A stretch of 32,000 bases of DNA from Acaryochloris thomasi RCC1774 (lineage in GTDB: Bacteria > Cyanobacteriota > Cyanobacteriia > Thermosynechococcales > Thermosynechococcaceae), in assembly GCF_003231495.1 (NCBI RefSeq), contig NZ_PQWO01000006.1, positions 1-32,000 of the forward strand, given 5' to 3'. Under the pieces are notes generated by a model that had not been told where the DNA came from, did no database searches, and worked only from the letters and a program-made list of their open reading frames with translations. The position numbers and the translations under genes are program-made. Below are positions 1-6,788 of this stretch, piece by piece. Numbering within the stretch: the first letter of the stretch is position 1; every line of letters starts with the position of its first letter.

Positions 1-116
1 CGTCTCAAGATTGGTGCGCAAGACACTGTCATTCTCCAAAAAGCTAGAGAATCATATCGGTGCTATTTGGTACTTTATTCACCATTACAATCAATCCTTA
101 CCTATTTAGGACTACC
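1..116 (+). mobile_element. 3' end of an IS1-family insertion sequence (partial, runs off the window start)
   Basis: The frame from nt 2 reads VSRLVRKTLSFSKKLENHIGAIWYFIHHYNQSLPI-stop (TAG 107-109). That is 28/35 aa identical to the C-terminus of the transposase ORF at 24526-25146. The terminal GGACTACC (109-116) equals both termini of the complete copy at 24519-25292. Hand alignment of the 116 nt gives 88/116 identities, so this is a diverged relative, not an identical copy. Confidence 0.8.
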
Positions 117-546
117 CAAAAAAGAACTAGAAACTGCAGGCTTAACTGACGCAGATTTGGACCAGGAACTGCAGACTTTAGCATGGAAAGCCTACAGCCT
201 GTGGGAGAAAAAATGTGTCAATCAAGTGGTAGGTATTTATTTCAACACCACAACACCACCAGTCCGTTGGCAGAAGTATGAAGCTAAAATTGATGGATTG
301 ACACAGGCCCAATGTGATGAGCTCTTTGAGCAGATTCTGCACTATACAGAAGAGTTACTAGGAACTTTAGACACAGCTATGTCGGCGTTCTTTCACGCCA
401 ACGACCTATTCCCAAAGATATCTACAGATCAGGCCAAGCAAGCACCACAACTGTCCACTCAACAACAACTCGATATTGCTAAGCTTGCGATTGCAATGGA
501 CCCGAAGCCCTACTGTAAACATAGTCTAGAGGGAACTGTAGCGTGA
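67..546 (+). CDS. Hypothetical protein; the ORF crosses the IS1 end, so its 5' end is IS-derived or the native gene is 5'-truncated
   Basis: 159-aa ORF from the track. The first 50 nt (about 17 codons) lie inside the IS terminus (ends at 116). There is no in-frame Met between 117 and about 380. I recognise no family. Confidence 0.35.
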   Translation: MVLYSPLQSILTYLGLPKKELETAGLTDADLDQELQTLAWKAYSLWEKKCVNQVVGIYFNTTTPPVRWQKYEAKIDGLTQAQCDELFEQILHYTEELLGTLDTAMSAFFHANDLFPKISTDQAKQAPQLSTQQQLDIAKLAIAMDPKPYCKHSLEGTVA

Positions 547-610
547 AGCTCGCGCATCCGTTTGGACGATAGCATCAGTCGCAATACTCCTCGGGTAAAT
601 CTATTGACTC

Positions 611-848
611 AGAATTTTTAGGCGCCTTGAGTAACGCCGCTAATTGCGATCTCCCTCTGACCCATCATGTAGACACTTAGCCCTGAGATTGTTTACCTAA
701 GCCAAGCAAACAAAGCTATAGGGAAACTACCGCCTCGTGTGATCGGTATGGTAGCAGAATGGGTATCCCTACATCAGAACGAACTACAGACCGATTGGGA
801 ACGAGCGAAAACCCTAGAACCATTAGAAAAGATAGATCCGCTGCCATA
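611..848 (+). pseudogene. Degenerate DUF4160-family gene remnant
   Basis: 673-848 reads TLSPEIVYLSQANKAIGKLPPRVIGMVAEWVSLHQNELQTDWERAKTLEPLEKIDPLP-stop. This parallels GKLPPRIMGMVSEWASMHQDELLADWEKSKNLEPLEKIAPLP of the copy at 2622-2883. The upstream part (NCDLPLTHHVDT-stop, about 642-680) is in another frame with stops, and there is no start codon. Confidence 0.65.
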
Positions 849-852
849 GTTT

Positions 853-1062
853 ATGAATATATTCACTGCCGTTGTAGAAAAAGACTTGGATGCCAACCTC
901 TATGTTGGCTATGTCTCAGGCTTCCCTGGCGCACATTCTCAGGGCGAAACCTTAGATGAGCTACAGAGCAACCTTTCTGAAGTGATAGAGATGCTTCTTG
1001 GAGACGAGGCAACGAGCTTTGAGACTGTGTTTTTATGTATACAGCAAATTATGGTTTCGTAA
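853..1062 (+). CDS. hicB: HicB-family antitoxin (UPF0150 / HicB_lk_antitox type)
   Basis: MNIFTAVVEKDLDANLYVGYVSGFPGAHSQGETLDELQSNLSEVIEMLL matches the family pattern as I remember it (F.A....D....Y.GYVPGFPGAHSQGETLDEL). It sits 2 nt upstream of a hicA-like gene. Confidence 0.8.
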   Translation: MNIFTAVVEKDLDANLYVGYVSGFPGAHSQGETLDELQSNLSEVIEMLLGDEATSFETVFLCIQQIMVS

Positions 1063-1064
1063 TC

Positions 1065-1289
1065 ATGGGCAGTATTCCTGTTCTCAAGCCGTAGGAAGTG
1101 GCGCACATCTTGGCCCATTTGGGCTTTAGCCAAGTGCGGCAAAAAGGATGTCATAAACAATTTCGACATCCTGATGGACGAGCAACAACGGTTCCCTTCC
1201 ACGAAGGGCGGAATATCTCACCTAGATTGCTGCGGCAGATAGCGAGTGATGACGATAGAGGAGTTTTTGAGAGCGAGATAAAGCTTTAA
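1065..1289 (+). pseudogene. hicA: HicA-family mRNA-interferase toxin carrying an in-frame TAG and probably a 3' frameshift
   Basis: From ATG 1065 it reads MGSIPVLKP-TAG(1092-1094)-EVAHILAHLGFSQVRQKGCHKQFRHPDGRATTVPFHEGRNISPRLLRQIA, a typical HicA/YcfA core. The last 16 codons read SDDDRGVFESEIKL, whereas the +2 frame reads MTIEEFLRAR-stop, which looks like the usual HicA tail. Confidence 0.75.
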
Positions 1290-1307
1290 GGGGGCCGAGC
1301 AGTTAGT

Positions 1308-1364
1308 GCGATCGCATACACTGAAAACAACGATTGACTAAACCCTTAGCCTTCACCTGTCGCT
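1308..1364 (+). repeat. HIP1-anchored leader repeat, copy 1 (upstream of the DUF4058 gene)
   Basis: GCGATCGCATACACTG (1308-1323) is identical to 2297-2312. The following roughly 40 nt remain alignable with the second copy (shared GACT...CCTTCA blocks) and run up to the ATG of the downstream gene. Confidence 0.7.
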
Positions 1365-2141
1365 ATGCTGTCCCCGTTCCCTGGAATGGATCCTTATTTG
1401 GAGCAACCAGCTCTCTGGCCAGAGGTTCATAGTCGGCTGCTGGTTGCGATCGCAGATAGTCTCGGACCACAACTGCGCCCCAACTATCGAGTGGCCATTG
1501 AGAAGCGCGTCTATGAAGACACCATCGGCAACTTGCTCGTAGGGCCACCAGATATCTCCGTGATTAAAACGCCTTTGCAAGAAGACTTACCTGCACATTC
1601 CAACCACACAGCGGTAATGGAACCTGTGATGGTCGAACTCCCCATGCCAGAGGAAATTCAGGAGCGCTATCTAGAAATCCGAGAGGTAGGTACAGGAATA
1701 GTCGTCACGACCTTAGAACTGATTTCGCCCAGTAATAAGCGGTCTGGAAAAGGACGACAACAGTACGAAGAGAAACGGCTCAAAATTTTGGCGAGTCAGA
1801 CTCACCTGGTAGAGATTGATCTAATCCGAGCCTTCGAACCGCTACCAATGCTGGGCATAACAGGGACTTCACTTTATCGAATCCTTGTGAGTCGGGCAAA
1901 CCAGAGACCCCATGCTGCACTTTATCCCTTCAATCTACAGCGTCCAATTCCGGCTTTCCCTCTACCGTTAAAACAGGATGATGCGGAAGTTCTCACTGAG
2001 CTGCAGCCCTTGCTCAATCAGATCTATGACCGAGCCAGCTATGATTTAGCGATTGATTATGATCAGGAGCCGGTACCTCCGCTATCAGATGAAGATACTG
2101 TTTGGGCCGATACTCTGTTGCGGGAGAAACAACATCGGTGA
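1365..2141 (+). CDS. DUF4058-family protein (Uma2/PD-(D/E)xK-like fold family, common in cyanobacteria)
   Basis: N-terminus MLSPFPGMDPYLEQPALWPEVHSRL is the DUF4058 signature as I recall it. The core ...YLEIREVGTGIVVTTLELISPSNKRSG...HLVEIDLIR resembles the Uma2-type nuclease motif. Confidence 0.8.
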   Translation: MLSPFPGMDPYLEQPALWPEVHSRLLVAIADSLGPQLRPNYRVAIEKRVYEDTIGNLLVGPPDISVIKTPLQEDLPAHSNHTAVMEPVMVELPMPEEIQERYLEIREVGTGIVVTTLELISPSNKRSGKGRQQYEEKRLKILASQTHLVEIDLIRAFEPLPMLGITGTSLYRILVSRANQRPHAALYPFNLQRPIPAFPLPLKQDDAEVLTELQPLLNQIYDRASYDLAIDYDQEPVPPLSDEDTVWADTLLREKQHR

Positions 2142-2211
2142 GGCATCGCTGCATAGGATTCTTGCAATAATGCTAATGGGACCAATTAATAGAAAGGGAG
2201 TTTAGCTCTAA

Positions 2212-2361
2212 ATGATGCCAGAGATGCCCCAAGCGTTTAATGATTTGCTAACGCTGGAAGAATGTACGGCGATTGATCAGACATTGCTGCCAACTCGCGA
2301 TCGCATACACTGGAATCACGTTCTGACTTCGCTCCTTCAGCAATATGCTCAAACCCGTTGA
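2212..2361 (+). pseudogene. Truncated paralogue of the 2963-3352 gene; homology ends at a HIP1 site
   Basis: 2212-2304 aligns with 2963-3055 at 83/93 nt (MMPEMPQAFNDLLTLEEC[T/A]AIDQTLLPTRDR). After GCGATCGC (2297-2304) the homology stops. The ORF reads into unrelated sequence and ends after 49 aa, overlapping the next gene. Confidence 0.75.
2297..2344 (+). repeat. HIP1-anchored leader repeat, copy 2 (upstream of the DUF2442 gene)
   Basis: It has the same 16-nt core as 1308-1323, followed by partially alignable sequence ending at the ATG at 2345. Confidence 0.7.
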
Positions 2362-2629
2362 AGTAAAAGCATTGCCCAACTACAGACTATGGCTCCGATA
2401 TTCAAACGGAACAGAAGGTGAAGTTGATCTTTCCGACCTAGCTGGTAAAGGCATATTCAAAGTTTGGGATGACTATAACGCTTTCGAGAACGTCCATATT
2501 GGCGAGCAAAGAGAAATCGCCTGGAGTGATCAAATAGACCTCTGCCCCGATGCACTCTATCTACGCTTGACCGGTAGGTCACCGGAAGAAATATTTCCAA
2601 GCCTTCGAGAAACCAGCGTCAATGCCTGA
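2345..2629 (+). CDS. DUF2442-family protein
   Basis: The 94-aa protein MLKPVEVKALPNYRLWLRYSNGTEGEVDLSDL... fits the DUF2442 pattern as I remember it (V....y.L.v.FsdG....vDl). Its stop overlaps the start of a DUF4160 gene (ATGCCTGA, 2622-2629), the usual partner family. Confidence 0.75.
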   Translation: MLKPVEVKALPNYRLWLRYSNGTEGEVDLSDLAGKGIFKVWDDYNAFENVHIGEQREIAWSDQIDLCPDALYLRLTGRSPEEIFPSLRETSVNA

Positions 2630-2883
2630 AATCAGCCGGTTTTATGGGCTTGTTATCAAAATGTATTTTTGCGATCACAACCCACCACACTTCCATGTGC
2701 AGTCTGGGTAAAGATGAGGCCATCATCAGCATCAATACACTAGGCGTTATAGAAGGGAAACTTCCTCCACGTATCATGGGTATGGTTTCAGAATGGGCAT
2801 CCATGCATCAAGATGAGCTGCTAGCTGATTGGGAAAAGTCAAAGAATCTAGAGCCTCTAGAAAAAATAGCCCCATTACCGTGA
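2622..2883 (+). pseudogene. DUF4160-family gene with a +1 frameshift
   Basis: From ATG 2622 it reads MPEISRFYGLVIKMYFCDHNPPHFHVQSG-TAA (2709-2711). The rest of the family sequence (GKDEAIISINTLGVIEGKLPPRIMGMVSEWASMHQDELLADW...) continues in the +1 frame. Removing one G from GGG 2706-2708 restores a single ORF. Confidence 0.75.
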
Positions 2884-2962
2884 TTACACTTGCCTTGGTC
2901 AGTCGATCGTTTGGCTATGCTAGAAATAAAGCACAGAATCCCTAGGAAAAAGCACATCCACA

Positions 2963-3352
2963 ATGATGCCAGAAATGCCCCAGGCGTTCAATGATCTGCT
3001 GACGCTGGAAGAATGTGCAGCAATTGATCAGACCCTGCTGCCAACTCGCGATCGCTTCTCCATTCGCATCACTGTATATAGCTGGCGATACTTATACAAG
3101 GTTAGTGCGGGTCTAGAAACAAAGATTGCAGACCTAACAACATCACAAATTTATAACTGGGTCGGCGAAGATCCAAAAATGGCAGCCACTGAAGGGCAAG
3201 GAGAAGAATTTGTAGGCTGGTTTGCAAATCTACTGCATTCATCCCTGAAGCCACTCCAGCAGGTTGCTGAAGCTAATGAGACCGATATTGAGACCCTTAC
3301 GCTCGAACAAATCATCCATTGGTTCGAGCAGAAAGTTAAAACAACTTTGTGA
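2963..3352 (+). CDS. Hypothetical protein (129 aa)
   Basis: Intact ORF. A truncated paralogue at 2212 differs almost only at synonymous sites, which argues that this is a real coding sequence. No family recognised. Confidence 0.6.
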   Translation: MMPEMPQAFNDLLTLEECAAIDQTLLPTRDRFSIRITVYSWRYLYKVSAGLETKIADLTTSQIYNWVGEDPKMAATEGQGEEFVGWFANLLHSSLKPLQQVAEANETDIETLTLEQIIHWFEQKVKTTL

Positions 3353-3465
3353 AATAACGGCTTTAGCAACAGACTTAGTAACAAACAAAGGATATTCTTT
3401 TCAAGAAATTCAATAGGGCGCGTCCTGTGGCATGATGGCGAGAAGCAAATCGCCGGGGCATTGCC

Positions 3466-5283
3466 ATGCAAACAATTGACTGGATTATCGTCGGGGTCTA
3501 CCTCGTCCTCACCATTCTGTTGGGCCTCTACCTCTCCCGCAAAGCCTCTGGTAGCATGGCAGACTTTTTTGTCTCCGGGCGATCGCTTCCCTGGTGGCTA
3601 GCGGGAACCAGCATGGCCGCCACAACCTTTTCAATTGATACACCGTTGTATATTGCCGGCGTAGTTGCCAGCGGCGGAATTGCGGGCAACTGGCAGTGGT
3701 GGAGCTTCGGCATTGCCCACGTGATCATGATCTACGTCTTTGCAAGGCTGTGGCGACGTTCAGAAATTATCACCGATGCCGAACTGATTGAGGTGCGCTA
3801 CGGCGGCAACATGGCCGCAACGCTGCGGGCCACGAAAGCCTTTTTGTTTGCCGTTCCTATTAACTGTATTGGCATTGGCTACGCGATGCTAGCGATGGTT
3901 AAAGCGATTGATGCATTGAATCTCTGGCAGAGTGTAGGCGTCGATCCCGGCGAAAACCTCAAAATCTGGAGCGTAGTGGGGGTCAGCATCTTTGTCCTGA
4001 TCTATGCAGGTCTCTCTGGTCTTTGGGGCGTTGTGATCACCGACTTTTTCCAGTTTTTCTTTGGGCTGGCCGGAGCCATTGTTGTGGCTGCGATCGCAGT
4101 CAATCACATCGGCGGTATGCCGGAACTGATCCAACAGGTACAGGAGAAAACCCAGCAGGATGTTCTTAGCTTTGTCCCCGTAACCTTCGGGGGCGGCTCC
4201 TTCATGCAGTGGAGCGATGCAGCGGGCATTACACTCAGTACATTCTTAGCCTACATTTTTGTACAATGGTGGGCCTTTCGCCGCAGTGACGGCGGTGGCG
4301 AATTTATACAACGATTGGCCGCTGCCAAAACCGAAGAAGAAGCAGAGAAAGCGGCTTGGTTCTTCAATATCTTGAACTATGTGGTCCGCACTTGGCCCTG
4401 GATTGTTGTAGCCCTGGCGGCTTTGGTCATTTATCCCGACTCTGAGCTTTTGACCGCGGCGGGTGCTGTGGATCGAGAGCTGGGCTATCCCAAGATGATG
4501 CTCGACTTCTTGCCTCCGGTGCTGTTGGGGCTAACGGTGGCGTCACTGCTGGCGGCGTTCATGAGTACGGTTTCGACTCTAATCAATTGGGGTGCATCTT
4601 ACTTAGTGAACGATCTATACGGTCGGTTTGCTCGCCCCAATGCCCCTCAGTCAGAGCTGGTTTTGGCAGGGCGCGTGGCTTCCGTTTTGATTACCGCTTT
4701 AGGTGCGATCGCAGCCTTCAACTTCAGCAGCATCAGTTCTGTTTTTGGGCTGGTGATTGCCATTGGCACTGGACCGGGCTTGGTATTGGTGCTGCGCTGG
4801 TACTGGTGGCGGATTAACGCTGCGGCAGAGCTAGCCGCCATGCTGGGGGGCTTCTTTATTGGTTTAGGCACTACCGTTATCCCTGTGATCACGATTGCCG
4901 ACAACGGCATCAAGCTGATGGTGATTACTGGACTGACCGCCATTATTTGGATCGCGGTGATGCTTTTGACCCCACCGGAATCAGACGAAACGCTGAACAA
5001 ATTTTATACAAAGGTGCGACCGGGGGGACCGGGATGGAAACGCCAAAGAAAGCAGACGGGCCTACCGCCCCTTCAAGACTTAGGAAAAGATCTGTTGAGG
5101 GTCTGTGCCGCGCTCTTGCTGCTCTTTGGAGCTATGTTTGCCGTGGGTGGATTCCTGCTCTTTAAGGTTGTGACTGGCTGGGTTTCTTTGGTGATTGCCG
5201 TTGTGGGCTGGATCTGGCTGCGGCAGCTCAACAAATCTCAGGCACCGCCCATGCCTAGACCCGGTCTCAGTGATGGGGCTTGA
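3466..5283 (+). CDS. Sodium:solute symporter (SSF) family transporter
   Basis: 605-aa polytopic membrane protein. The N-terminal DFFVSGRSLPWWLAGTSMAATTFSIDTPL is typical of the SSF family. Confidence 0.85.
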   Translation: MQTIDWIIVGVYLVLTILLGLYLSRKASGSMADFFVSGRSLPWWLAGTSMAATTFSIDTPLYIAGVVASGGIAGNWQWWSFGIAHVIMIYVFARLWRRSEIITDAELIEVRYGGNMAATLRATKAFLFAVPINCIGIGYAMLAMVKAIDALNLWQSVGVDPGENLKIWSVVGVSIFVLIYAGLSGLWGVVITDFFQFFFGLAGAIVVAAIAVNHIGGMPELIQQVQEKTQQDVLSFVPVTFGGGSFMQWSDAAGITLSTFLAYIFVQWWAFRRSDGGGEFIQRLAAAKTEEEAEKAAWFFNILNYVVRTWPWIVVALAALVIYPDSELLTAAGAVDRELGYPKMMLDFLPPVLLGLTVASLLAAFMSTVSTLINWGASYLVNDLYGRFARPNAPQSELVLAGRVASVLITALGAIAAFNFSSISSVFGLVIAIGTGPGLVLVLRWYWWRINAAAELAAMLGGFFIGLGTTVIPVITIADNGIKLMVITGLTAIIWIAVMLLTPPESDETLNKFYTKVRPGGPGWKRQRKQTGLPPLQDLGKDLLRVCAALLLLFGAMFAVGGFLLFKVVTGWVSLVIAVVGWIWLRQLNKSQAPPMPRPGLSDGA

Positions 5284-5398
5284 TAGGCGTAGGGAACTAT
5301 TGATCCATCGTCACAGTCAACTATGGCGGGAAAGATTTCGCAAATGCGATAATAGCTGTAATAGCTCGACCTTGGTAATTGATGGGGTTAAATAGACG

Positions 5399-5956
5399 AT
5401 GAAATTGGGAAGAATTGCTTCAGTTTTGGCGTTCTCTGCGCTGACCTGTGCAGTGGTGAAATTGCCTGCGGCGGCTGCAGAACGGCGTTTTGCCTGTGGT
5501 AGCAGTAGCGGCGTACCCGCAACCATGGCAAAGACATCACGGGGCTTGGTTCCGGTTATTAAATGGACCTCTAGCCATTTCAGTAGCTCGGGCTATTCAC
5601 CCCTAAGACGCTGCCAGATTGTCTCTGACAAATTCCAGGAGTATTACGAAACCGGTCAACTCAACTACCTCACCACCGGTCGAGTGAGCTACCCCAATCA
5701 GGTGGATTATCAAAATGTCGTCTGCGTCGCAAAGGCTCGGCTAGGAGCCTGCAACGGTGTCTTGTTTACCCTCAAACCAGGTAGCAATCCAGGTCGCACA
5801 CTTCAGCGGTTAATGGATGTTCGCCTGCAGGCATCTGGCCCGCTGAACGAAACCTCTGGGCGCGTTTATATCGAAATGGAGAAGTTCTTAAACGAAGCCC
5901 CCGTCGATCAAAATGCTTCTGCAGATCCGAATGCACCCACAACCGGACTGTGGTAG
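5399..5956 (+). CDS. COP23-domain protein (circadian oscillating polypeptide 23 family), secreted
   Basis: Signal peptide MKLGRIASVLAFSALTCAVVKLPAAAA, then FACG..SGVPATMAKTSRGLVPVIKWTS..F...GYSPLRRCQIVSDKFQ. This matches the cyanobacterial COP23 pattern as I remember it. Confidence 0.75.
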   Translation: MKLGRIASVLAFSALTCAVVKLPAAAAERRFACGSSSGVPATMAKTSRGLVPVIKWTSSHFSSSGYSPLRRCQIVSDKFQEYYETGQLNYLTTGRVSYPNQVDYQNVVCVAKARLGACNGVLFTLKPGSNPGRTLQRLMDVRLQASGPLNETSGRVYIEMEKFLNEAPVDQNASADPNAPTTGLW

Positions 5957-5993
5957 GCCGATCTCGATCTTCAGTGAATGACATCGATCAGCA

Positions 5994-6788
5994 ATGAGAC
6001 AGATCCGTCAGTCAGCACGGCTCGCGATCTTTGGCAGCGTTCTGTCTGCAGTCACTTTGCTGACGCCTGCAGTTGCGAGTGATGAAATTGCAGGCTTTCT
6101 AGAGTGTCAGGCTCTGTATCGCAGCTCAACGACAGGGTCCTACAGTCCGTCGTTATTGAGAGGCTATGCCCGGGCGATCACTGTCAAAATCCTGACGAGT
6201 GACCAGTGGAGTTCTGGAATTCTGATTCAGCGACAGAGCGGGCACTACACGGTTCTCACCAATCAGCATGTGCTGCGAACAGGAGAATCCTATCGGATCC
6301 AAACCTTTGATGGGCAAGTCTATCCGGCGGCTGTTCATGCTGAGCTCGGATTCACCGAGACTGATCTGGCGACGCTTCGCTTTCAAAGTGATCAGAAATA
6401 TGCGATCGCAACTCTAGGTTCTTCGCTTTCGTTACCAATGGGTACCCCTGTCTTTGCAGCGGGTTTTCCCAATACGGGACTCCCCGTATCTACCCCAGGC
6501 TTTCAGTTTACTGTCGGTCAAGTTTCACTGGTGGCACCCAAGGTTTTAGAAGGGGGATATCAAATTGGATACACGAACACAATTGAGAAAGGCATGAGTG
6601 GAGGCCCCGTTCTTAATGCTCAGGCCGAAGTAATCGCCATTAACGGCATCCATCAAGAACCACTTTGGGGCGCTCATCGCTTCGCAGACGGCTCAAAACC
6701 CCCGGCGAGCCTGCAACAAACGCTCATCAATTCTAGCTGGGCCATCCCTATTGAAACCTTTATCAAGTTGTCTACAGAGCTTCTATGA
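5994..6788 (+). CDS. Secreted trypsin-like (S1) serine protease with an intact triad
   Basis: Signal peptide present. His motif TVLTNQHVL, Asp motif TDLATLRF, Ser motif GMSGGPVLN (Ser codon AGT 6597-6599). Confidence 0.85.
   Translation: MRQIRQSARLAIFGSVLSAVTLLTPAVASDEIAGFLECQALYRSSTTGSYSPSLLRGYARAITVKILTSDQWSSGILIQRQSGHYTVLTNQHVLRTGESYRIQTFDGQVYPAAVHAELGFTETDLATLRFQSDQKYAIATLGSSLSLPMGTPVFAAGFPNTGLPVSTPGFQFTVGQVSLVAPKVLEGGYQIGYTNTIEKGMSGGPVLNAQAEVIAINGIHQEPLWGAHRFADGSKPPASLQQTLINSSWAIPIETFIKLSTELL

Noticed and set aside
3353-3465. Possible riboswitch or leader upstream of the symporter (hairpin GGCGA-N8-TCGCC, pairing that could mask the ATG)
   Set aside because: I recognise no riboswitch consensus, and the structure is short and unremarkable.
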